From NCBI GenBank assembly GCA_030610085.1, contig JAUWSL010000002.1, positions 1 through 47,810 of the forward strand: a DNA stretch of 47,810 nt. The letters are read 5' to 3'. This DNA comes from Candidatus Aegiribacteria sp. (lineage in GTDB: Bacteria; Fermentibacterota; Fermentibacteria; Fermentibacterales; JCC-6). Below the pieces are notes generated by a model, which was not told the origin of the DNA, made no database searches, and was given only the letters and a program-made list of their open reading frames with translations. The position numbers and the translations under genes were made by a program. Below, piece by piece: positions 27,032 to 36,305 of the stretch; within the stretch, counting starts at the first letter, position 1, and the number at the start of each line of letters is the position of its first letter.

Positions 27032-27448
27032 TCAGGGCTTCTCAAGAATAATATCGAAGCTGAGTTCCATTTTTCCACGAAGCATTTCGGTGACACCGCA
27101 GTACTTGTCCTGAGACAGTTCTACAGCCCTTTCAATCTTACTCAGTGGAAGATCCTCACCAACGAACTTGTACTCGATCTTTATGTATCTGAATATCTTA
27201 GGATGTTCTTCAGTAAATTCACCACTGGCTCTCACGGTCAGTTTGTAATCTCTGATCTTCATTTTTTCAAGTATGGAAACCACATCCATACCTGTACATC
27301 CGATCAGTGCGGTGAGAATAAGGTTCTTAGGTCTCGGTCCTGAATCCCTGCCTCCGAATTCAGCGGAACCATCTATCGTGAATTCATGATCGTCCTGGTT
27401 TACAGAGAATTCAAGCCCTCCCTGCCAGACAGCTGTACTACTGGGCAT
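27032..27448 (-). CDS. OsmC-family peroxiredoxin-like protein
   Basis: 138 aa. Contains GPRPKNLILTALIGCTGMDVVSIL and KYCGV, carrying the two conserved Cys. Confidence 0.8.
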   Translation of the reverse strand: MPSSTAVWQGGLEFSVNQDDHEFTIDGSAEFGGRDSGPRPKNLILTALIGCTGMDVVSILEKMKIRDYKLTVRASGEFTEEHPKIFRYIKIEYKFVGEDLPLSKIERAVELSQDKYCGVTEMLRGKMELSFDIILEKP

Positions 27449-27497
27449 AACTAACCCCGTTTCTTTGGCATAAATACTACCGGATTTTCTGAGTGAA

Positions 27498-28136
27498 TCA
27501 GGGGAAGCTGTTCAGCCCCATGAAATTTGTTACTTTCCACTGGTTATCTTCTTTTCCAAGGACAGCCTGATAGGGCAGCTCTACCCCCGAAGCAGTTATG
27601 AATAGCAGTGGAATGATAAGCTCGCTGCCATGGTTTGAATAATCACCGATCTGTATTTCGTAAAGAGAGTAGCGCGCTTTCATCACTGGCAGTACTATGG
27701 TGCTGGTCAGATAGTCCATCGGTGACCAGTCATCGATTTCATCAGCGGTTGCCGTATACCCGGCAGCGATTAACCTGGACATCGTAGTCTCTTCGCTGTT
27801 ATCAAGATTCTCCTTCAGAATTTCCAGCATTACGTCTATTTCATCCAGCCCATCACCGGAAATCAGCTGGGATATCATAAAGCTGTCGCCGGTTTTCAGT
27901 GAATGAAAAAATTCCTGCACGACAGATGAAGGGTCATTCGGTACAGTTGTGGCAGTTACATCCTCGGTCGGAATGTCATCCTCGGGGATTTCGGTTTCAG
28001 TAACTTCAGTTTCAGTTACTTCAGTTTCTTCCGTAACCTGAAGAGAATCCTGAGGTGCAACTGCTTCATCAGGCTGTGCGGAAACACCTGCAGCAAATAT
28101 CATCAGCAGTATCGTCAGAAATGGTATCTGTTTCAA
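27498..28136 (-). CDS. Secreted hypothetical protein with a T/E/V-rich repeat linker
   Basis: Signal peptide MKQIPFLTILLMIFAAGVSAQ, then an acidic linker VTEETEVTETEVTETEIPEDD, then a globular C-terminal domain. Confidence 0.5.
   Translation of the reverse strand: MKQIPFLTILLMIFAAGVSAQPDEAVAPQDSLQVTEETEVTETEVTETEIPEDDIPTEDVTATTVPNDPSSVVQEFFHSLKTGDSFMISQLISGDGLDEIDVMLEILKENLDNSEETTMSRLIAAGYTATADEIDDWSPMDYLTSTIVLPVMKARYSLYEIQIGDYSNHGSELIIPLLFITASGVELPYQAVLGKEDNQWKVTNFMGLNSFP
27994..28038 (-). repeat. 15-nt in-frame tandem repeat (about 3 copies) encoding (TEVTE)n
   Basis: GTTTCAGTAACTTCA, GTTTCAGTTACTTCA and GTTTCTTCCGTAACC on the plus strand. Confidence 0.7.
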
Positions 28137-28242
28137 GAGTATCCTCTCCAGTTATCAAAAGGTATTAAACACATAATACAAAATAACGAACTGAAGCAAA
28201 TAGAGCAAACAACCACACTCACCATATTTGAAGCGTTATGCT

Positions 28243-29460
28243 TTACTGCGTACCCCATATCCTGAGCGTTTCGAGAACGATCCCGTACGACAGCTCAAGT
28301 CCCTTTTCCGCTATCCACTCGTTCCTGGAGTGGAAGAGCTCTCCACCTGTCGGAAGGTTCACCGTGGGAATTCCCATGAAAGATAATCTTGACCCATCGG
28401 TACCTCCGCGTATAGAGCTTTCCTCAGGTTCAAGCCCTACTTTACCGGTTGCCTCCAGAGCGAATTCCACAGCCCTTCTGTCCTGCTTGAGGATCTCACC
28501 TGGATTTCTGTACTGCTCCAGCATCTCCAGAGTTATTTCAGCTCCGGGATACCTTGCCCCAATCCACTTTTCAAGGCTCCTCATTGTTTCAATCCTTGAT
28601 CTCATCCCCTCAGAAGTGAAATCCCGCAGAATCATCTTCAGAATACCCTCAGAAGTAACCGATGATATGGAAAGGGGGTAGTAGTATCCCTCGTCCCCCG
28701 AACTGTTCTCAGGCATTTCCTCAGGAAGTATCGATGATACGATATCAGCAAGTACACGTGTGGCGTTCACCATAATTCCTTTTGCGCTTCCCGGATGAAC
28801 TTCTCTACCCTTGACTTTCCAGTCCGCTGACCAGGCGTTGAATGTCTGAGTATCAACTTTTCCAACGGAACCGCCATCGACTGTATAGGCGAAATCAGCA
28901 CCGAATTTCACCGGGTCAAAATTATCCATACCTCTCCCGACCTCCTCATCGGTCGTGAAGGCGATCCTCAGCGGCGGCACCTGTATTTCTCTGTTATTTA
29001 TTAGAGTACCAAGAATTTCCATAATTATGGCAACGCCGGCTTTATCATCCGCACCAAGCAGGGTCGTGCCGTCGGAAGTAATAATTGTATCTCCTGCGTA
29101 CCTGAGCATATCAACGGTTTCTGACGGCTTGATCACCACTCCTTCACAAAGTTCAATGGGATTTCCGTCCCAGTTGCGATGAAGAACCGGCTTAACGTTA
29201 TCACCGGGTGCTTCCGGTGAGGTGTCCACATGGGCAAGAAGACCTATCACAGTGTCACCGCATCCTGTTCCGGGAAAGGAAGCGTAAAGTGTACCCTTTT
29301 CATCGAGTTCAATATCGTCCAATCCCAGTTCGCCAAGCTCAATCTCAAGCAATCGCAGAAATTCGATCTGTCTGGACGAGGAAGGGGATGCAGAAGAGGA
29401 CGAATCGGAAGCCGTGTTTATTCGGGCATACCTGAGGAATCTGTCGGTAAGCTCAGACAT
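28243..29460 (-). CDS. pepT: Peptidase T (tripeptide aminopeptidase, M20B)
   Basis: Contains RFLRYARINTASD, GLLAHVDTSPE, GADDKAGVA and TTDEEVGRG. 405 aa. Confidence 0.88.
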   Translation of the reverse strand: MSELTDRFLRYARINTASDSSSSASPSSSRQIEFLRLLEIELGELGLDDIELDEKGTLYASFPGTGCGDTVIGLLAHVDTSPEAPGDNVKPVLHRNWDGNPIELCEGVVIKPSETVDMLRYAGDTIITSDGTTLLGADDKAGVAIIMEILGTLINNREIQVPPLRIAFTTDEEVGRGMDNFDPVKFGADFAYTVDGGSVGKVDTQTFNAWSADWKVKGREVHPGSAKGIMVNATRVLADIVSSILPEEMPENSSGDEGYYYPLSISSVTSEGILKMILRDFTSEGMRSRIETMRSLEKWIGARYPGAEITLEMLEQYRNPGEILKQDRRAVEFALEATGKVGLEPEESSIRGGTDGSRLSFMGIPTVNLPTGGELFHSRNEWIAEKGLELSYGIVLETLRIWGTQ

Positions 29461-29567
29461 TCTTTCTCCTTTTCAAACAGGGATTATTTGATGTATATAT
29501 ACCCAAGTGCGAATATCGAAACAGCCTCAGATCATTATTATTCCGCAATCGGGAAGAAGGTGTATGA

Positions 29568-30491
29568 GTGGTATCGTTCAGGGGTAGAAGCATAGTATCC
29601 ATAAGAGACATGACACGTGACGATCTGATTAAGGTAGTTCAGACGACAGAGCTTGTGAAACGCGGAGAATTGTCCGGCTTTCTTGAAGGAAAAACTGTTG
29701 CGACACTTTTCTTTGAGCCATCGACAAGAACCCGCCTGTCATTTGAATCAGCCGTGTTCAAAAGTGGAGGTTCCGTTTTCGGTATCGCGAACCCCAAAGC
29801 TTCTTCGCAGAGCAAGGGTGAATCATTCGCCGATTCGATCAGGACCGTTTCCGGTTACTGCGATGTCCTGGTGATACGCCATCCTGTGGAGGGGGCAGCG
29901 CGTATGGCTTCCGAGCTCACCAGTACACCTGTTATCAACGCGGGTGATGGTGCAAACCAGCATCCTACCCAGACATTTCTTGATCTTTTCACCATAAACG
30001 AGAGTTTTGGACGCCTTGATAATTTAAAGATCGGAATGATGGGAGACCTCAAGTACGGAAGAACCGTTCATTCACTTGCCAACGCCCTCTCGCTTTTCGG
30101 AAACGAGCTGACATTCATCTCACCACCGACGCTGCAGATGCCGGAGCATATACTGAAGGAGCTGAGTGACAGGAAAATCAGGTATTCAAGTATTGCAGAC
30201 CTCGAAGAGGCTGAAAACTCCGATCTCGACATCCTTTACGTCACAAGAATTCAGAAGGAGCGTTTTGGTGACCCGCAGGAATATGAAAAAGTAGCCGGTA
30301 TATACAGGATCACACAGGATACAATAAGGATGCTTGGAGAAGATGTACGGGTCATGCACCCTCTGCCCAGGGTGGATGAGATCGCCGAAGAAGTCGACAC
30401 GATGCCTAACGCAATGTACTTCACTCAGGCGCACAATGGCATCCCGACAAGGCAGGCGCTGCTCGGACTTATGACTGGAGGGTTGGACTGA
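29568..30491 (+). CDS. pyrB: Aspartate carbamoyltransferase catalytic subunit
   Basis: Contains FFEPSTRTRLSFE, HPTQ, GDLKYGRTVHS and HPLPR. GTG start. Confidence 0.92.
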   Translation: MVSFRGRSIVSIRDMTRDDLIKVVQTTELVKRGELSGFLEGKTVATLFFEPSTRTRLSFESAVFKSGGSVFGIANPKASSQSKGESFADSIRTVSGYCDVLVIRHPVEGAARMASELTSTPVINAGDGANQHPTQTFLDLFTINESFGRLDNLKIGMMGDLKYGRTVHSLANALSLFGNELTFISPPTLQMPEHILKELSDRKIRYSSIADLEEAENSDLDILYVTRIQKERFGDPQEYEKVAGIYRITQDTIRMLGEDVRVMHPLPRVDEIAEEVDTMPNAMYFTQAHNGIPTRQALLGLMTGGLD

Positions 30492-30949
30492 TGACGAGAG
30501 CTTACAAGGTTTATTCTATAGAAAACGGGACAGTGATCGATCACATTCCTACCCCCCTTGCCCTCAAGGTGATAAGTATACTCGGGCTTGGGAGCGAGGG
30601 AATAATGACGATCGGGATCGGCTTCAACTCCAGGAAACATCCTTACGGCAAAGATATTCTGAAGATCGAGAACCGCGAGCTCTCACATGATGAAACGAAC
30701 AAGATCGCCCTGATAGCCCCGGATGCGACCATCAATATCATCAAGAACGGAGAAGTGTCGGAAAAAAGGCAGATCACACTGCCCTCGGAAGTCAGAGATA
30801 TACTCTCCTGTCCAAATCCCAACTGCGCAACCAACATGCTCGGAGCAAGAAAACACTTTATGCTGGAGAACAAAGAGACGGTTACCTACAGGTGCAGATA
30901 CTGTGAAAGAGCCACGGTTGTAAACGCCGATATGCTATCAAAAAAGTAA
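30491..30949 (+). CDS. pyrI: Aspartate carbamoyltransferase regulatory subunit
   Basis: Contains IENGTVIDHIP and the C-terminal zinc domain CPNPNC...YRCRYCE. The start overlaps the pyrB stop. Confidence 0.9.
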   Translation: MTRAYKVYSIENGTVIDHIPTPLALKVISILGLGSEGIMTIGIGFNSRKHPYGKDILKIENRELSHDETNKIALIAPDATINIIKNGEVSEKRQITLPSEVRDILSCPNPNCATNMLGARKHFMLENKETVTYRCRYCERATVVNADMLSKK

Positions 30950-30993
30950 GAAGTAACAGAATAGCAGCTGCCTGGATTCGTAGGTATTTCTCA

Positions 30994-32049
30994 TTAGAAT
31001 TTGTATATCTCGCTGCCGAATTCTCCGGAGATCTCGGGGCATACTGCACAGTTACCTGTGAATACGCCATCTTTTATCCTTTTTCGTAATGCCTGATACT
31101 TAGAACCATCCCAGATATCATTGAAGCTCATGAGGTTCAGATTTCCAAGGGGTTCTGTAGTATCCCAGTGAGGACATGGATTGATCATCCCATCGGGATC
31201 GATGTAGACCCAGTTCTCCAGATAATGACAGGAAACCTGTCTACCGGTGAATTGAGTTGGTGGTGGATTGAAGATCAGACCAAGTTCCGCCGCAGTGTTC
31301 GATGCCAGTCTGATCTGTTCTGAAACTTCCGGAGAAGTCAGGTCGATAGTCTCACCGGTCAGATCAAGTCCCTCGTAAGGTACCAGTGGTATCGCACAGA
31401 CGGATACCGCTCCCACATCGTGCGCCAGCCTGACGATACCAGTAAGCTCCTTGAAGTTCTTCCGCTGCAATGTAACGCTTATGGAGAGCATGGGATATTT
31501 CATACCCATCCCGTCACGCCGGGAGATCAGCTCTTTCATGTTGTTGGTGATCTTTTCGAGATCAGCTCCCCCTCTTATCTCAGCGTGTGTTTGCGGAACA
31601 GCCCCGTCTATCGATACGAAAAGGGATGTGGGAGGGGTTTTCAGAAGGATGGATATATTCTCCGAAGAGAGCAGAACACCGTTGGTAACGACCTCTCTGA
31701 CGGGAACATCGGCACTGTACAGGCGCTTGAGGTACGTGCCAAAATCCGGATTGACAAGGAGCTCAGCCCCGCAGGACAGCCCCACGACGGACGCTCTGGG
31801 GAACACTTCATCAGCAATCCTGTCGAATAGAACGGGATCTATATCATGCCATTCACGTTGAGTATCCAGATCGGACAGGCGCATGGCGCACATCGAACAT
31901 CGAAGATTGCACCTGTTCGTTGTGTCCATCCGCAGGATCAGATTCCTTCTTCTCCTCAGCTGTACCCATGGAAACCTGATCGATCTCTGCAGGAATCTGC
32001 CGAGAAATTTCTTAAATCTCAAACTCGCACCCCGGGCTTGAGCTTCCAC
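30994..32049 (-). CDS. Radical SAM protein with a SPASM/twitch-like C-terminal Cys cluster
   Basis: TNRCNLRCSMC carries the CxxxCxxC motif. The C-terminus has CHYLENWVYIDPDGMINPCPHW and GNCAVCPE. The start could be an internal Met. Confidence 0.75.
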   Translation of the reverse strand: MEAQARGASLRFKKFLGRFLQRSIRFPWVQLRRRRNLILRMDTTNRCNLRCSMCAMRLSDLDTQREWHDIDPVLFDRIADEVFPRASVVGLSCGAELLVNPDFGTYLKRLYSADVPVREVVTNGVLLSSENISILLKTPPTSLFVSIDGAVPQTHAEIRGGADLEKITNNMKELISRRDGMGMKYPMLSISVTLQRKNFKELTGIVRLAHDVGAVSVCAIPLVPYEGLDLTGETIDLTSPEVSEQIRLASNTAAELGLIFNPPPTQFTGRQVSCHYLENWVYIDPDGMINPCPHWDTTEPLGNLNLMSFNDIWDGSKYQALRKRIKDGVFTGNCAVCPEISGEFGSEIYKF

Positions 32050-32095
32050 AAGTCAGATAATTCAGCTTTACCGGTTGGTTGCTTCTGAACACCGT

Positions 32096-32653
32096 TCAAA
32101 CCTGCCCTGGCGATCGCAGTTTGAGATATCTGTCCCGTTCGCTGAAAACGCAGCCGCAGTAAGGCTGCCGGTACATTTCCTCTTCGCGAGATATCCGTAC
32201 GGATTCCCGGTAGGATTCCGTGAAATCTCTGTATATGAACCGCACACCGGTTTTCTCTTCAGCCGCACTTCCTGCTTCAATTATGAATGACTGATTCTGG
32301 TAGGGGCTGACAGAAAGAGTTGTTGAGAAATTCTCTATCCCGAGTTCCGCCGCTTTCAGAGCAGTAGCTGACAGGCGGTCTTCAAAGCAGGCGCAACATC
32401 GATTCTCAGCATCCAGCAGCATCCTGATATTCTCTTCAAGCGGATATTCTTCATCGATCACGAGAGGAATACCCATTGAATCGGTGTAATCCGAGAGCGT
32501 CCGAAGTCTTCTCTCCCTCTCCTTCCACGGGTGTATGTTGGGATTGTAGAAAAAGGCGGTTATTGCGAAACCCTCGCTCTGAAGCTGCTCATATACAGTG
32601 GTCATACAGGGGCCGCAGCATGCATGAAGAAGGAGGGGTTCGTCTGTTCTCAA
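32096..32653 (-). CDS. queH: Epoxyqueuosine reductase QueH (DUF208)
   Basis: Contains LLLHACCGPCMT, FYNPNIHP, RCCACF and YRQPYCGC. Confidence 0.8.
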   Translation of the reverse strand: MRTDEPLLLHACCGPCMTTVYEQLQSEGFAITAFFYNPNIHPWKERERRLRTLSDYTDSMGIPLVIDEEYPLEENIRMLLDAENRCCACFEDRLSATALKAAELGIENFSTTLSVSPYQNQSFIIEAGSAAEEKTGVRFIYRDFTESYRESVRISREEEMYRQPYCGCVFSERDRYLKLRSPGQV

Positions 32654-33681
32654 AGAGGAAGTTCTTCCTGGCTGCTTCGCTTCAGCCCCAGGTGGCGGTA
32701 GGCTTTCATGGTTGTCATTCTGCCTCTGCTGGTCCGGTTGAGAAATCCTGATATCAGCAGATACGGCTCCACAACATCGATCAGGGTATCCTTCTCTTCG
32801 TTAAGTGTTGCAGCCAGAGCTGCAACTCCCACCGGACCGCCGGTATACTGTTTGATGATGATGCTGAGGTACTTTCTATCCAGGCTGTCCAGTCCCGCTT
32901 CATCCACACCGTGAATATCCATGGCCTCAACGGCGACATCCTCGGTAACCGCGTCTTTACTTTCGACCTGGGCGAAATCCCTCGCCCTCTTTAAAAGTCT
33001 GTTGCAGATCCTTGGAGTTCCCCGTGACCGGAGAGCAATGGTCTCGGCTCCACCGGCGGTTATCTCAAGGTTGAGGATACCCGAAGATCTTCTGATAATT
33101 TCCGCAAGTTCACCAGGATTGTAGAACTGCATGTGCAGGGATAAACCAAATCTGTTCCGCAGGGGGCTGGTTATCAGACCCGCGCGGGTGGTGGCACCAA
33201 CGATAGTGAACTCGGCAAGGTCGAGTCTTACAGTCCTGGCAAACGGTCCGGGATCCAGCACAATATCCAGTTTAAAATCCTCCATTGCGGGATACAGGTA
33301 CTCCTCCACCACCCTGGGAAGCCTGTGGATCTCATCTATAAAGAGGATATCCCCCTGCTGAAGGTTGCTCAGAATCCCGACCAGGTCCGCCGCTCTTTCA
33401 AGGGCAGGTCCTGAAGTGCAGACCAGACCGGCATTCATTTCTTTGGATACGATATGGGCCAGTGTGGTTTTTCCCAGTCCTGGAGGTCCGTGGAACAGGA
33501 TGTGATCGAGAGGTTCTCCTCTGCCAAGTGCAGCCTTGATCGCAATTGAAAGCTTCTGTATGACAGCTTCCTGACCGACGTATTCACTCAGATTTTCAGG
33601 CCGGAGAGAAGCCAGTGTACTTTCATCAGCTAACTCATCGATCCTCCGGGATTCGCCGGAGATGATTGATTCTCTGCTCAC
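32650..33681 (-). CDS. ruvB: Holliday junction branch migration helicase RuvB
   Basis: Contains LRPENLSEYVGQE, GPPGLGKTTLA, LFIDEIHRL and GATTR. Confidence 0.95.
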   Translation of the reverse strand: MSRESIISGESRRIDELADESTLASLRPENLSEYVGQEAVIQKLSIAIKAALGRGEPLDHILFHGPPGLGKTTLAHIVSKEMNAGLVCTSGPALERAADLVGILSNLQQGDILFIDEIHRLPRVVEEYLYPAMEDFKLDIVLDPGPFARTVRLDLAEFTIVGATTRAGLITSPLRNRFGLSLHMQFYNPGELAEIIRRSSGILNLEITAGGAETIALRSRGTPRICNRLLKRARDFAQVESKDAVTEDVAVEAMDIHGVDEAGLDSLDRKYLSIIIKQYTGGPVGVAALAATLNEEKDTLIDVVEPYLLISGFLNRTSRGRMTTMKAYRHLGLKRSSQEELPL

Positions 33682-34286
33682 TGTGTGTTCCTTATTCTCA
33701 TGGCACGCTTAACAATTTCCGCTGCTCTGGCATTTTCGTCCAGCTCGCTGCAGGCTTTCTCAACGAGCTCATCAGCCTCAGTCACATGCACGCCAAGCTG
33801 TTTCAGAACTGCTTTTGCCTCACTTGCGGCATCGGAAAGTATTCTCCCGCCTGGGATCACTCCGTACATTTTCTTCATCTGTTCCTGAAGGCCCGCTACT
33901 ATCTGTCTTGCCCTCTTCTTTCCTATTCCGGGCAGGGTCGCAAGGTAGTCGTAGTCCTCGGAAGCTATTGCCGAGGCAATTGCGTGGGGTGGTTTTTCAA
34001 GAGCTTTTACAGCTGCCTTGACTCCCACTCCAGATACCGAAATAAATTTCTCGAAGAATTCTCTGTCTCTAACTTCCCCAAACCCCACTATCAGAGGGAC
34101 AACACGGTTCCCCTCCATCTGAAGATGCAGGTAGACCGGAATATCCACCTCCTGGCCCGCAGATACACTTCTGAAAAAATAACCGGGTGCCAGAATACGT
34201 AATACAATCGGACCGGTCCGTATATAAATAGTGGAATCAGCCGTCTTATCTACTGAGCCTCTAATACTTTCTATCATACTTTTCAC
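33678..34286 (-). CDS. ruvA: Holliday junction DNA-binding protein RuvA
   Basis: Contains MIESIRGSV..., an HhH region LATLPGIGKKRARQI and a C-terminal domain III. The start is probably Met4, at 34277. Confidence 0.9.
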   Translation of the reverse strand: MKSMIESIRGSVDKTADSTIYIRTGPIVLRILAPGYFFRSVSAGQEVDIPVYLHLQMEGNRVVPLIVGFGEVRDREFFEKFISVSGVGVKAAVKALEKPPHAIASAIASEDYDYLATLPGIGKKRARQIVAGLQEQMKKMYGVIPGGRILSDAASEAKAVLKQLGVHVTEADELVEKACSELDENARAAEIVKRAMRIRNTQ

Positions 34287-34767
34287 TTTCGTAAGCAGCT
34301 ATGGCAATTGCAATCGCGTCCGTAACATCATCCGGTTTGATTTCAACGGTCAAGCCCAGCAGATGCCTTACCATGCCTGAAACCTGTTCCTTGCCTGCTC
34401 TTCCGTTACCTGTAACAAGTTTTTTTATCATTGTCGCAGGCAGCGAAACAACAGGCACATTCCGCCGGGCTGCGGCAAGGCAGAATATACCCCTTGCATG
34501 CGCCATTTTTATCGCAGTAGCCGGATGCTTGTAATGAGCAAAGATCTTCTCCAGCCCCATGGCAACGGGTCCGTATTTATCAAGAATCTCCAGAGTTCCG
34601 CAATAGAGTTCATCCAGCCTTACCGGAAGAGGATCATTCGCTTTCGATCTTATCGTGTCACCATCCAGAAGTTCGATGGATCCGGTGGTAAAACGAAGGA
34701 CTCCGTATCCTGTAGTACCAAGTCCGGGATCTATGCCAAGATAGATGGCAGATCCAGATTCAGGCAA
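34261..34767 (-). CDS. ruvC: Crossover junction endodeoxyribonuclease RuvC
   Basis: Contains LGIDPGLGTTGYGVL and a C-terminal DVTDAIAIAI. Confidence 0.9.
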   Translation of the reverse strand: MPESGSAIYLGIDPGLGTTGYGVLRFTTGSIELLDGDTIRSKANDPLPVRLDELYCGTLEILDKYGPVAMGLEKIFAHYKHPATAIKMAHARGIFCLAAARRNVPVVSLPATMIKKLVTGNGRAGKEQVSGMVRHLLGLTVEIKPDDVTDAIAIAIAAYESEKYDRKY

Positions 34768-35496
34768 TTATTCGTCCTGCATTTCAAAATTGGTATGAAT
34801 CGCCTGAACATCATCACTATCCTCAAGTATCTCGAGGAGTTCAAGAGCCTTATCAGCTTCCCTCGCGTTTAATCCGATGTAGATCTCCGGCTCTTTCGTG
34901 ACCTCTGCGCTGTCAGGGATCACACCCATCTCAACCAGTGCGTTCTTCACCTCAAAAACATCTGAGGGAGATGTTGATGCGATGATCACTTCATCAACTT
35001 TCTGGACATCTTCAAGTCCGGCTTCAAGTCCGGCTTCAAGTACCTGATCCTCAGTATAGCGGGTTCCATCAATGACTATCTTTCCAACTCTGTTGAACAT
35101 GTACGCTACACTGTTTCTTGAACCGAGATGACCGCCATGCTTAGAGAGAAGATGTCTTACTTCCGCCGCGGTTCTGTTTTTGTTATCGGTCAGTACTTCG
35201 ATGATTATGGCGACTCCGCCAGGACCGTAGGCTTCGTACGTTATTTCCTCGTAATTGATTCCTTCAAGGTCGCCTGTTCCTCTTTTGACAGCCCGTTCAA
35301 TATTGTCCGAAGGCATATTCTGGGATTTCGCGGTTTCTACCGCAACCCTCAATCGTACATTCGTTTCAACGTCTCCCCCACCCTCCCGTGCGGCAACGGA
35401 TATCTCCTTGACAAGTCTGCTGAAAATTTTACCCCTGGCTGCGTCAGCCTTCTGTTTCTTGTGCTTGATGCTGCTCCATTTATTATGTCCTGACAT
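34768..35496 (-). CDS. yebC: YebC/PmpR-family DNA-binding transcriptional regulator
   Basis: Reads MSGHNKWSSIKHKKQKADAARGKIFSRLVKEISVAAREGGGD...NMPSDNIERAVKRG. Confidence 0.9.
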   Translation of the reverse strand: MSGHNKWSSIKHKKQKADAARGKIFSRLVKEISVAAREGGGDVETNVRLRVAVETAKSQNMPSDNIERAVKRGTGDLEGINYEEITYEAYGPGGVAIIIEVLTDNKNRTAAEVRHLLSKHGGHLGSRNSVAYMFNRVGKIVIDGTRYTEDQVLEAGLEAGLEDVQKVDEVIIASTSPSDVFEVKNALVEMGVIPDSAEVTKEPEIYIGLNAREADKALELLEILEDSDDVQAIHTNFEMQDE

Positions 35497-35585
35497 GCAC
35501 TGCTCCTGTTCAGTAATAATATCTGATTTCTGTCATCTGTAATCTCAATATTAGATATCCAGCCTTCATCAGTCAAGCAGCAGGG

Positions 35586-36281
35586 TCAATCGGAAAAATC
35601 CTTGTTCTGCTTGAGTATCTCATCGAAATCATTTATAGCAGCAAAGAGTATTCCAATCTCAGAGCCGTTTATTTTTAAGACTTGCTTTTCGGGCGTGCAC
35701 CCGATGGCGTAAATACCCGCGGAGTGGACTTCTATCTCAAGATCAACGGATGCAAGGAAATCCGATCTATTCACTTCAACACCCAATGCAACCGCACGGG
35801 CAAGCAATGCAGCATCATCCTTTCCAACAGAACCACCGATAATCCTGAACCGCTTTCCATGCTCCGTCTTTTCAGGCAGGAAATTCTCTACGTGCATTCT
35901 TACACCTGTGGAAAGAACTAAGCCAGTTGAAAATGCAGGGAAGACGAACCTTACCTTACGTGAACCGGTATCGGATTCGGCAAGACCTCTTTCGCTGCCT
36001 GTAAACTCCCTGAACCCGCTTCGGGCTGCCATCGAGGATTCCTGACGTATTATACGGTTCCTGATAGTAACGGAAGCATCAACTTTCCAGAAAGGCATTA
36101 AAATTGAATCTGAGCCACCGAGCCGCACGAATTCTATACTGATCGGAGTGAGCTGCTCACCGGAAATCCAGCACCTGCCGCACTCGGAACAGTAGAATAT
36201 CACATCTGTGGAAAGCCCGTCCAGATCACTGCCGCAGTTTGCGCATCTTAGAAGCGTCAGTTCTGAAAGGTCATACCTCAT
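35586..36281 (-). CDS. Zinc-ribbon protein of unknown family (cassette member 4, soluble paralog)
   Basis: C13-x2-C16-x14-C31-x2-C34 (CANC...CSEC), then LMPFWKV. No TM helix. Follows the preceding paralog after a 24-nt gap. Confidence 0.55.
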   Translation of the reverse strand: MRYDLSELTLLRCANCGSDLDGLSTDVIFYCSECGRCWISGEQLTPISIEFVRLGGSDSILMPFWKVDASVTIRNRIIRQESSMAARSGFREFTGSERGLAESDTGSRKVRFVFPAFSTGLVLSTGVRMHVENFLPEKTEHGKRFRIIGGSVGKDDAALLARAVALGVEVNRSDFLASVDLEIEVHSAGIYAIGCTPEKQVLKINGSEIGILFAAINDFDEILKQNKDFSD

Positions 36282-36305
36282 TTAAGAATATCCAACCTTG
36301 TACCT

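Noticed and set aside
27994-28038. Short tandem repeats considered as a possible CRISPR or VNTR locus
   Set aside because: The units are 15 nt, directly adjacent with no spacers, and in frame within a coding linker.
29461-29567. Possible pyrimidine attenuator (PyrR-binding loop or leader peptide) upstream of pyrB
   Set aside because: The 107-nt divergent intergenic region shows no convincing terminator/antiterminator hairpin pair, U-run or short leader ORF.
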